A stretch of 59,598 nucleotides of DNA from an archaeon UBA543. Its GTDB lineage: Archaea; Undinarchaeota; Undinarchaeia; Undinarchaeales; UBA543. Both the position numbers and the translations under genes were made by a program. The DNA lies in assembly GCA_002502135.1 (NCBI GenBank), contig DAPM01000005.1, positions 1-59,598 of the forward strand, read 5' to 3'. Below the pieces are notes generated by a model. The model was not told the origin of the DNA, made no database searches, and saw nothing but the letters and a program-made list of their open reading frames with translations. Below are positions 52,204-59,598 of the stretch, piece by piece (positions within the stretch are counted from its first letter, which is position 1; every line of letters begins with the position of its first letter).

Positions 52204-52928
52204 TCAAGCCCAGAACTGCTTATTTTGAATTTCAGTCCTTTGCCCTCGGGTTTGTGAGGATGTTTCCGTATAATAATGCTTCTGAACCCGTCTTCCTTCT
52301 CTTTTTTCAATTCCAAAATCAGTTTTGACCAGTACATTAGGGTATCTCCGCCAACTGGAACAATCTCCTCCTTACCGTCAAAAGAACTGTAAACCTGATT
52401 GCTAACAACAACAGCCAGCTTATTCTCCCTTGCCAACTTCGACAACTGCGCCAGCTCCCTGCCCAATTCCCTTGCCATCTCCAACACTTTATCCCGTTTA
52501 TTATCAATCCTCAACCGATACAAACTAACAACAGAATCAATAACCACCAACTTGAATTTATCATCAAGCACTCTCCCAAGCCCTCTAACAACTCGCCCCT
52601 GCTCATCAAAATCTTTTGGCTGTTTCACAAAGAAATTCTCAGGCAGTTTTCCGCAAATCTGCTGCAGCCTCTCTGGCGAAAACCCACCTTCAGTATCAAT
52701 AAACAGAACTTTCTCATTTTTCCCAACTTTAGAAGCAGCAGATAAACACAAATTAGTTTTTCCGCTCCCTGGCGGACCAAAAACATGCGTTACAAAACCA
52801 ACAGGAAGCCCGCCACCCAGCATTTTATCAATCCTACTAGAGCCAGTAGCAACATAATCATTCCCAAACTCCTTCAAACTCTTAATTCTAGTTCCAATAT
52901 CAAACTCTCTCCTCTTGAAAATCTTCAT
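52200..52928 (-). CDS. radB: RadB-type RecA-family recombinase paralogue
   Basis: 242 aa. Walker A GPPGSGKT and Walker B LVVIDS. It is short and lacks an N-terminal HhH domain, as expected for RadB. Confidence 0.75.
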   Translation of the reverse strand: MKIFKRREFDIGTRIKSLKEFGNDYVATGSSRIDKMLGGGLPVGFVTHVFGPPGSGKTNLCLSAASKVGKNEKVLFIDTEGGFSPERLQQICGKLPENFFVKQPKDFDEQGRVVRGLGRVLDDKFKLVVIDSVVSLYRLRIDNKRDKVLEMARELGRELAQLSKLARENKLAVVVSNQVYSSFDGKEEIVPVGGDTLMYWSKLILELKKEKEDGFRSIIIRKHPHKPEGKGLKFKISSSGLE

Positions 52929-52950
52929 AAAACTAGCGAGTTTTCTAAAC

Positions 52951-52990
52951 CTTATAAATTTTCTTTAACTTTTGTGAGTTTACAGAGTTA
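52951..52990 (-). promoter_or_regulatory. conserved promoter module P2 (upstream of radB)
   Basis: Minus strand reads TTAACTCTGTAAACTCACAAAAGTTAAAGAAAATTTATAAG. The ATG lies ~23 nt after the TATA element. Confidence 0.55.
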
Positions 52991-53149
52991 ATCTGGAATT
53001 CTCTCTGTCCTACCATAATTTTTATTTGTAATATATAGTGTCTCTTTACTTCCACATTTTGGGCAGATTGGTGACTTCCTACTAAAAAACCCTCTCATTT
53101 TACCCTTAAATTCCTTGCCACAATCTTCACAACCCCACCACTTTTTCAT
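52988..53149 (-). CDS. 53-aa zinc-ribbon protein
   Basis: MKKWWGCEDCGKEF...PICPKCGS has two CxxC pairs. Its ATG overlaps the TraB stop (ATGA). Below the ORF-track cutoff. Confidence 0.5.
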   Translation of the reverse strand: MKKWWGCEDCGKEFKGKMRGFFSRKSPICPKCGSKETLYITNKNYGRTERIPD

Positions 53150-54288
53150 AACAAACTAACTACAACTGGCAATGCTATAAATGTTCCTACAATACTTCCC
53201 AAATTAGCAAAAGCAACAACCAGCAAAACACGAGTAACTCTGTTCTTCCAGTAAGCCTTGAAACTATCCAACTTATTCAAACTCTTAAAATCTTTAACTT
53301 TGGGATTGCGAATTTTAGCTTCAACATATCCTGCAAACCATCCAGCAGCTAACAGCGGATTCACAGAAGTAAATGGTGCAGCAACAAAAGCAGTCAACAT
53401 CGATAACGGATGACCAAAAGCAGCTGCAGCACCGACAGCAGAAAGCGTTCCATTAATCAAAAACCACCACATTAGCATATTCAAAGTAGTTCCAATTCCT
53501 TTAGTAACAAAACCATAAATCAGCAAACCAAGCAGAAGCGCAGGGATCACAAGTCCACCAATCTTCAGCTTCTTCCTTTTCCTCGGAACAGTCTGCAATT
53601 TTGAAAACGTAATCGGCTTGTCAATATACCTCTTAATCCCTTCAACATGCCCAGCACCAACAACAGCAACAATCTTCTTCCCTTCAGCCCTCTGCAGCAT
53701 TCCGGCCATAAACACATCTCTCTCATCAACTAAAATCCTCTTCACACTTGGGGCAGTCCGAGCCAGCTCTTCCATAGCATCAGCAAGTACATCTTCTTTC
53801 TTCAAATTCTCAACAAATGCTTCATCAACATCTGCAGTCAAAGTATCAAAAAATAGCGACTTCACAACTTTCAGTTTCTCCATCAACGGCATAGCATTGA
53901 AAGCCCGTTTCAAAGTCACTTGCACATCCCTGTCCAGGAAAACCAGCTTGGCCCCGCTTTTCTCTGCTGTTTCAATAGCAGCCAACATCTCAGCACCAGG
54001 ATCAATACCCAATTCCTTTCCAATTTTCCTCTGAATATTAGACAATATTAAACTCGAAAGGAACAAATATGTCTGCCCTTGCTTAATCACATCCTTAATC
54101 TGAGTATCCTGCCACGCTTCCTTATTTTTCAGCGCATGATAACGATTCTCACACAACTCAATTGCAACAACATCCGGTTTCTCTGTCTTAATAATATCAG
54201 TAACCTCATCTCTACTCTTCTTGGAAACATGCGCAGTCCCGACTAGGAAAACCTCCTTGCCATTGTGCTCTAATTTTTCAACTGCCAA
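53146..54288 (-). CDS. TraB/PrgY-family protein with C-terminal TM region
   Basis: 380 aa. VFLVGTAHVSKKS and AVVGAGHV are typical of TraB (COG1916), followed by about 4 TM helices. Confidence 0.75.
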   Translation of the reverse strand: MAVEKLEHNGKEVFLVGTAHVSKKSRDEVTDIIKTEKPDVVAIELCENRYHALKNKEAWQDTQIKDVIKQGQTYLFLSSLILSNIQRKIGKELGIDPGAEMLAAIETAEKSGAKLVFLDRDVQVTLKRAFNAMPLMEKLKVVKSLFFDTLTADVDEAFVENLKKEDVLADAMEELARTAPSVKRILVDERDVFMAGMLQRAEGKKIVAVVGAGHVEGIKRYIDKPITFSKLQTVPRKRKKLKIGGLVIPALLLGLLIYGFVTKGIGTTLNMLMWWFLINGTLSAVGAAAAFGHPLSMLTAFVAAPFTSVNPLLAAGWFAGYVEAKIRNPKVKDFKSLNKLDSFKAYWKNRVTRVLLVVAFANLGSIVGTFIALPVVVSLL

Positions 54289-54631
54289 CTAAAACATCCT
54301 CTAATTTACTTGGTACTATTTCCAGCTCTCCCTTATATTCCTTTACCTCGCCAGTAACAGTAACAAAATCTCCACTTTTAATAATCGGCATACTGCTTTT
54401 GAATCCAAACAAAATCAACTCACTTTCTTCAAACTGAGCCACAACCACCGAATCATAAATCTTTACAGAATCTAACACCCCACTAATAGTAACAACCTTC
54501 CCCAACAACTCATCACTTACATCAGTTAGTTCGAAAATCGGCGGTTCGTGATTAGCACAAGCAAACCAAAGCACCACAATCCCAATTACTGAAGTAAAAA
54601 CTGCTAATAGCATTAATGTTCGATCTTCCAT
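54278..54631 (-). CDS. membrane-anchored OB-fold protein
   Basis: 117 aa. N-terminal TM helix, then an OB-like segment VTISGVLDSVKIYD...VTVTGEVKEYKGELEI. Overlaps the traB start. Confidence 0.55.
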   Translation of the reverse strand: MEDRTLMLLAVFTSVIGIVVLWFACANHEPPIFELTDVSDELLGKVVTISGVLDSVKIYDSVVVAQFEESELILFGFKSSMPIIKSGDFVTVTGEVKEYKGELEIVPSKLEDVLVGS

Positions 54632-54651
54632 AAAACATCAAAACACCCACA

Positions 54652-54693
54652 ATTTATTAACTTTTTTTAACTTTTGTGAGTTTATGGAGTTAA
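54652..54693 (-). promoter_or_regulatory. conserved promoter module P3 (upstream of the OB-traB operon)
   Basis: Minus strand reads TTAACTCCATAAACTCACAAAAGTTAAAAAAAGTTAATAAAT. The ATG at 54631 lies ~20 nt downstream. Confidence 0.55.
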
Positions 54694-54710
54694 ACATAAC
54701 CCTTAAATAC

Positions 54711-54730
54711 ATCAATTGCTATCAATTGCT
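54711..54730 (+). promoter_or_regulatory. tandem 10-nt repeat ATCAATTGCT x2 (operator candidate)
   Basis: Perfect tandem duplication. Each unit holds the palindrome CAATTG. Lies between TATA-like TTAAATAC and the RHH gene ATG. Confidence 0.55.
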
Positions 54731-54743
54731 ACGCTTTACTACC

Positions 54744-54971
54744 ATGAAATCAATACAAATAAATATAAGAATATCCGAGCCACTCTCTCAAGAGCTAAAC
54801 GAAGTGTGCACTGCACTCAAAATCAGCAAAGCTGATTGGATTCGCACAACACTTGCCAAGCAAGTATTTAACGAGCGCGCACGCCTCTTAACGGAAATAA
54901 AAGAAATCGAAGAGCTCATGAGTTCAGACCTGGGCAAACTTGTCCAGCAAATGAAATCAAGGCAGAGATAA
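54744..54971 (+). CDS. ribbon-helix-helix (CopG/Arc-like) protein
   Basis: Start at the ATG at 54744. MKSIQINIRISEPLSQELNEVCTALKISKADWIRTTLAK shows a beta-strand plus two helices, the RHH pattern. The stop is 1 nt before the cdc48 ATG. Confidence 0.6.
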   Translation: MKSIQINIRISEPLSQELNEVCTALKISKADWIRTTLAKQVFNERARLLTEIKEIEELMSSDLGKLVQQMKSRQR

Positions 54972-54972
54972 A

Positions 54973-57276
54973 ATGACAGACAAACCAAAATCAGAAGAAC
55001 AGCCTAAAGGGCCTGAAATCGAACTAAAGGTAGCTAAGGCAATGCCGGAAGATGCTGAAAAAGGTATTATCCGATTCGACTCCAAGACCATGCAAGCAAT
55101 TGGTGTTGCTCCAGGAGACATAGTTTTAGTTCAAGGAAAACGATTATCAGTAGCAGTAGCAGCTAAAGCATACCCTAGCGACGTTGGAATGGGCGTTGTC
55201 CGCATGGATGGTCTTCTAAGAAAAAACTCTGAAGCAGGAATCGGAGAAGTTGTCAATTTATCAAAAGCAGACATAAAAGAAGCAGACCAGGTAATAATTG
55301 CCCCAGCTCAAAAAGGAATTCAAATTCAAATACAAGGTGCAGGATTAGAAAAAAGCCTAATGGGCAGACCCGTAATGAAAGGCGATCTTATCTCACCACT
55401 CAGAGCTTCAAGACAGCGCATGAGCGACCCATTCTCAGAAATATTTTCCTCAATGCTCGGCGGAGGATTCTCTCCAATGTCCGGGTTCCCAGGACTTAAA
55501 TTCGTAGTCGCTAGTACAAAACCGAAAGGCCCAGTTATAATCACTGACAAAACTGAAGTTGTAATCAATCCAGAAGCAGTTGAAATAAAAGAAATGGAGA
55601 AGATTCCAACAGTCACTTACGAAGATATTGGCGGATGTGGAGACGCAATTAGAAAAGTCCGCGAGATGATTGAACTCCCATTAAAACACCCAGAACTTTT
55701 TGAAAAACTCGGAGTAGAACCACCAAAAGGAGTTCTGCTTTACGGCCCACCAGGAACTGGAAAAACACTATTAGCAAAAGCAGTTGCAAATGAAACCAGC
55801 TCCAACTTTTTCGCAATCAACGGTCCAGAACTTATGAGCAAATTCTACGGTCAGTCTGAAGAAAACATGAGAAAAGTTTTCGAAGATGCTGAAAAAAGCG
55901 CTCCTAGCATAATTTTCATTGACGAAATCGATGCTATAGCTCCAAAAAGAGAGGAAGTAACAGGAGAAGTTGAGCGAAGAGTTGTAGCCCAACTACTCGC
56001 CCTTATGGACGGAATGAAATCCAGAGGAAAAGTAGTTGTTATCGCTGCTACAAACAGACAGGATGCAATAGATACTGCGCTCAGACGAGGTGGTCGTTTC
56101 GACAGAGAAATCGAAATCGGAGTCCCAGACCGAAAAGGTAGGAAAGAAGTTCTGCAAATCCACACAAGAGCAATGCCACTTGAAAAAGATGTAAATCTTG
56201 ACAAATGGGCAGATGTGTCTTACGGATATGTCGGCGCTGACCTGGAATCTCTTGTAAAAGAAGCAGCTATGAGTGCATTGAGAAAAGTTCTTCCAAAACT
56301 GAATCTTGAGGAAGGTGCCAAAATCCCACAGGAAATTCTAGATAGCCTTCGCGTTTCCAACAACGACTTCCAGAACGGTCTGAAAAATGTTTCACCAAGT
56401 GCAATGCGTGAAGTTTTAGTTGAAATTCCAAAAGTAAAATGGACAGATGTTGGTGGTTTAGAAACTGCAAAACAGCAACTCAAGGAAACAGTGGAATGGC
56501 CGCTCAAGAACCCTCAAATGTTCAAGAGAATGGGGATTGAACCTCCACGAGGAGTACTTCTCTACGGCCCACCTGGAACTGGAAAAACAATGATGGCAAA
56601 AGCAGTTGCTAATGAGTCTAATTCAAACTTTATTTCAGTTAAAGGACCAGAACTCCTGTCCAAATGGGTTGGAGAATCTGAGCGCGGAATCAGAAAGATT
56701 TTCAAAAAAGCAAGACAGGTAGCGCCAAGCATAATTTTCTTTGACGAACTGGACGCACTAGCACCTCTCAGGGGCCGCGAATCTGGCTCACACGTAACAG
56801 AAACCGTGGTCAACCAGCTCCTAACTGAGCTTGACGGAATGGAGGATTTGGAAAACGTAGTTGTCCTGGCAAGCACAAATAGGCCAGACATGATCGACCC
56901 TGGTCTCCTACGTCCTGGCAGATTCGACAGACACATTTTGATTCCAGTTCCTGAAAAAGAAGCTAGAAAGAAAATTCTTGAAGTTCACACTGCAAAAATG
57001 CCACTCAAAAACGTTAACCTTGACAAACTTGCAGAGCAGACTGAAGGATGCGTTGGTGCAGATCTTGCAGGAGTTTGTAAGGAAGCTGCAATAACTGCAT
57101 TACGAGAGGATAAGGATGCAAAAGAAGTCAGTATGAAACACTTCACAGATGCTATAGCAAAAATCAACCCGACAATGAATGATGAAATGAAGCACGCATA
57201 CGATAATATCCTCAAACGCTTCAAGAAAACAGCAGGCGGCGGAGTTAGCAAAGACGATCTGAAGTATCTGGGATAG
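54973..57276 (+). CDS. cdc48: CDC48/VCP-type AAA+ ATPase
   Basis: 767 aa. N-domain, two AAA modules each with GPPGTGKT, and Walker B motifs IIFIDEID and IIFFDELD. Confidence 0.9.
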   Translation: MTDKPKSEEQPKGPEIELKVAKAMPEDAEKGIIRFDSKTMQAIGVAPGDIVLVQGKRLSVAVAAKAYPSDVGMGVVRMDGLLRKNSEAGIGEVVNLSKADIKEADQVIIAPAQKGIQIQIQGAGLEKSLMGRPVMKGDLISPLRASRQRMSDPFSEIFSSMLGGGFSPMSGFPGLKFVVASTKPKGPVIITDKTEVVINPEAVEIKEMEKIPTVTYEDIGGCGDAIRKVREMIELPLKHPELFEKLGVEPPKGVLLYGPPGTGKTLLAKAVANETSSNFFAINGPELMSKFYGQSEENMRKVFEDAEKSAPSIIFIDEIDAIAPKREEVTGEVERRVVAQLLALMDGMKSRGKVVVIAATNRQDAIDTALRRGGRFDREIEIGVPDRKGRKEVLQIHTRAMPLEKDVNLDKWADVSYGYVGADLESLVKEAAMSALRKVLPKLNLEEGAKIPQEILDSLRVSNNDFQNGLKNVSPSAMREVLVEIPKVKWTDVGGLETAKQQLKETVEWPLKNPQMFKRMGIEPPRGVLLYGPPGTGKTMMAKAVANESNSNFISVKGPELLSKWVGESERGIRKIFKKARQVAPSIIFFDELDALAPLRGRESGSHVTETVVNQLLTELDGMEDLENVVVLASTNRPDMIDPGLLRPGRFDRHILIPVPEKEARKKILEVHTAKMPLKNVNLDKLAEQTEGCVGADLAGVCKEAAITALREDKDAKEVSMKHFTDAIAKINPTMNDEMKHAYDNILKRFKKTAGGGVSKDDLKYLG

Positions 57277-57307
57277 TTTTTTATATTATCTCCACCACTG
57301 TTTCAGT

Positions 57308-57922
57308 ATGAGGCGGAAGACACTCTTGTTCGGAATTATCATTCTAGCATCCACAATCTTCGTAACCGACATATTCTTCGAGCCATTAGCTCCTATTCCA
57401 GACACACCTGCAGAAACACTAACAAACACACAAGTAATCACGCTTTTCGAAGACGCACCAATCTATACTGCTTTCAATCCAGAATCCTGCAAAATTTTTG
57501 ACGGTTCGCCATATCAAAAACAAATTCTCCCAAACCACCCAAGCGTTATAAAACTCTCCAGAACTTTTGAAAATGGCGGCTTGGAACTAATAGAGGAAAT
57601 CCACTCTTGGGTTCTCTACAATATTGTTTACAAAAAATTCCTGGAATTCCGCAGCATTGACATAATTCTACAGTCCGGCTATGCCGATTGCACTGGAAAA
57701 TCGAACCTGCTCGCAGCACTTCTTGAAAATCAAGGCTTTGAATCATATGTTGCATACACTAAAACCCACGCATTCGTAGTTGTGAAGTACAAAGAACTCT
57801 GGTACTCTATTGATGCTACTTCCAATAACCTTTGGGACATGTATAATTGGAAAAAATCAACTTATATTCACTATATGGATGTAATCGGCATATACAACTC
57901 AAAAGGCGCTGCACGTTGCTAA
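57308..57922 (+). CDS. transglutaminase-like cysteine protease-fold protein, membrane-anchored
   Basis: 204 aa. N-terminal TM helix, then GYADCTGKSNLL, THAFVVV and WYSIDAT, which fit a Cys-His-Asp arrangement. Confidence 0.6.
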   Translation: MRRKTLLFGIIILASTIFVTDIFFEPLAPIPDTPAETLTNTQVITLFEDAPIYTAFNPESCKIFDGSPYQKQILPNHPSVIKLSRTFENGGLELIEEIHSWVLYNIVYKKFLEFRSIDIILQSGYADCTGKSNLLAALLENQGFESYVAYTKTHAFVVVKYKELWYSIDATSNNLWDMYNWKKSTYIHYMDVIGIYNSKGAARC

Positions 57923-57962
57923 AACAAGGTTTTTATACTATTACAGACACCTTTTTCTTACT

Positions 57963-58598
57963 ATGGAAAGCAAATACCTCGTATATGGCGGACTTTTTAT
58001 AATGGCACTAATCCTGGTTGCTGGAACTCTTGTTTATTTCGGCGGTTACAGTGAAGGATTTACAGGCAAATTCGTGGAAAAAAACCAATTTGCTCCTACT
58101 GATTCTGGAACAGGACTAATAAATCCTATGGTTCAAGCAGCTGTTGTTAAACCAACATGCACATGCCCTGAAGGTTATATACTTCAGGCTGATGTTTGTG
58201 TGAGAGACTACTACAAAGCAATTCCTGACGATGCAGGATTACCTGACGTCGATGCTGGCGCAGATGACGGTTTTGAAGAAGACGAGCCAGAGTGCTTTAA
58301 AGATTCTGATTGTGCTGGATTTTCAGTTGACATGAAATGTATTGCTGGAAGATGTGTTACAGACAAACCTAAACCACAAAACAAGCAACTAGTTACTTGC
58401 CCTCCTCAAGAAGGAAATGCTATTTGGACTTGTGTTGCTTTTAATGCTAATATGTGGGAAGAATGTGAGTTAGAGGGCGGTACTTGGACAACTGATACCT
58501 TTGACCTTCAACCTGGACAAACCTGTGATGACACTATACAAGACGTTCTCACACTATGCATCAAATGTGAATTAGGTATGGATATAGACGAAGTCTAA
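57963..58598 (+). CDS. signal-anchored Cys-rich surface protein (conserved N-terminal anchor family)
   Basis: 211 aa. MESKYLVYGGLFIMALILVAGTLVYFGG is paralogous to the N-termini at 36525 and 59560. At least 14 Cys in the ectodomain. Confidence 0.6.
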   Translation: MESKYLVYGGLFIMALILVAGTLVYFGGYSEGFTGKFVEKNQFAPTDSGTGLINPMVQAAVVKPTCTCPEGYILQADVCVRDYYKAIPDDAGLPDVDAGADDGFEEDEPECFKDSDCAGFSVDMKCIAGRCVTDKPKPQNKQLVTCPPQEGNAIWTCVAFNANMWEECELEGGTWTTDTFDLQPGQTCDDTIQDVLTLCIKCELGMDIDEV

Positions 58599-58684
58599 AT
58601 ACTACTTTGGAGCGCGCGTAAAAACCGTGCTCTCCCAAAACTTTTTATAATAGTGCCAGCACTAGTTTTTTTAAGGGGATACTT

Positions 58685-59521
58685 ATGAAAAAGAGACTCA
58701 TTGCAGTTACAACCATTCTAATACTGACCTTACTCTTAGCCAGCACTGTTATTGCTTACAGACCTTCTTTTAGAGGCACAGCTTCAATTGGATCTAATTC
58801 TGAAAGAGTAGTTGCAAGATGGGAATGTAATCTTGTCTATACTAAACTTTGGTTCGGCTGGAGGGATGTGTGGCAATGGGAGCGAACAAGCGGAACAATC
58901 GGCCGTGCCACTCAACTAGGAACTTTGAACAGGAGATCTAGTGACTGTACAGCTAATCAGGAGTTTGTCTGCAAAACAAGTATAGCTGACACAAGGTCTC
59001 TAGATTCACTTTACTGCTATTCTTCACGTTGGTGGACAGATTACAGCCATCAGAACTATTACTGCGAATGTACTGAACCAATAGCTCAAACCAGAGCACC
59101 AGCAGCCCGGGCAGCATTCTGCACAGACACTGACGGCGGTTGGAATCTTAATGCAAAAGGCACATGTTCCTGTACTGATGGTTTTGTTGGCACAGACACT
59201 TGTTCGAATACCAACCAAACAGGTATCTTAGAATATGGTATGGTAGATGGTTATTGTTTTGGTTCTGATATGGATTGTGCAGAGTCTGGTAAGGTTTGTC
59301 AGGATGGTAAGTGTATTCTTCCTCAGCAACAACAGCCAAATTGTTTTGATTCAGATGGTGGTAAGAATTACCCAGTAAGGGGCACTATAACTTTCCACGG
59401 CCAGCAGGGTGCTACTGACTCTTGTCTAAACTCAAATTATCTAAATGAGTCATTCTGCGGTCCTTTCGACACTCCTGAATATGAATATGTGAACTGCAGA
59501 TGTAATAACGGTGCTTGCTAG
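58685..59521 (+). CDS. secreted Cys-rich protein with C-x-D-(S/T)-D-G-G repeats
   Basis: 278 aa. Signal-like MKKRLIAVTTILILTLLLASTVIA. Contains the repeats CTDTDGGWN and CFDSDGGKN. Confidence 0.6.
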   Translation: MKKRLIAVTTILILTLLLASTVIAYRPSFRGTASIGSNSERVVARWECNLVYTKLWFGWRDVWQWERTSGTIGRATQLGTLNRRSSDCTANQEFVCKTSIADTRSLDSLYCYSSRWWTDYSHQNYYCECTEPIAQTRAPAARAAFCTDTDGGWNLNAKGTCSCTDGFVGTDTCSNTNQTGILEYGMVDGYCFGSDMDCAESGKVCQDGKCILPQQQQPNCFDSDGGKNYPVRGTITFHGQQGATDSCLNSNYLNESFCGPFDTPEYEYVNCRCNNGAC

Positions 59522-59559
59522 TAAGCTTTTTATAGTTTAAACGTCACTATAATCTTGCA

Positions 59560-59598
59560 ATGGACAACAAACACGTGGCATACAGCGGACTTTTTATT
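59560..59598 (+). CDS. 5' fragment of a third member of the conserved N-terminal anchor family (runs off the window)
   Basis: ATG at 59560 encodes MDNKHVAYSGLFI. A TTTTTATAG box lies ~30 nt upstream. Confidence 0.4.
   Translation, partial: MDNKHVAYSGLFI

Noticed and set aside
2555-57251. Numerous 60-195-aa tracked ORFs antisense to, or out of frame within, long genes (for example 3912-4496, 39999-40421, 46152-46760, 52399-52857, 53618-54034, 55851-56204, 56562-56936)
   Set aside because: Each lies fully inside a gene with strong motif support on the other strand or frame. Their low-complexity Ser/Leu/Pro-rich translations are typical of shadow ORFs.
57963-59521. Diversity-generating retroelement targeting the Cys-rich surface proteins
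   Set aside because: No reverse transcriptase gene is present, and I could find no template/variable repeat pair with A-specific mismatches by eye in this window.

Overview
AT-rich archaeal chromosomal segment. The gene content is PolD DP1/DP2, Orc1/Cdc6, Hel308, Hef, RadB, Cdc48 and an intron-containing tRNA, with TATA-box promoters placed about 25 nt before start codons. This fits a small-genome (DPANN-like) archaeon, but that lineage guess is inference only. Most of the window is housekeeping: (i) a replication origin with ORB-like boxes and an A-tract unwinding element directly upstream of a translationally coupled orc1/cdc6-DP1-DP2 operon; (ii) repair and topology genes (hel308, hef, topA, radB); (iii) a long minus-strand run with pyrD-pyrK-pyrC, two prs paralogues and rpiA; (iv) serS plus a serine-biosynthesis pair; (v) many membrane, secreted and Cys-rich proteins. 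There are three tRNAs: Leu-UAG, Thr-CGU and an intron-containing Gly-CCC. I saw no rRNA, CRISPR array, integrase or transposase. The most unusual region is a repeat-saturated island of about 3.9 kb (29.7-33.6 kb) bounded by a perfect 18-nt inverted repeat. It holds tRNA-Gly, dense TGACAAATGTCA-type iterons that run into a coding region, inward-facing arrays of the word CTCACAAA at both ends, duplicated promoter/operator modules, and only small winged-helix or basic ORFs. Other notable signals: a ~75-nt structured-RNA-like element in two copies beside tRNAs, with compensatory changes in a hairpin; a ~30-nt promoter module shared by three chromosomal promoters (tctA-like, radB, OB-traB operon); a palindromic promoter/operator module in three copies; and degenerate heptanucleotide arrays in several intergenic spacers. 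All function calls rest on motifs read by eye. No database search was possible.
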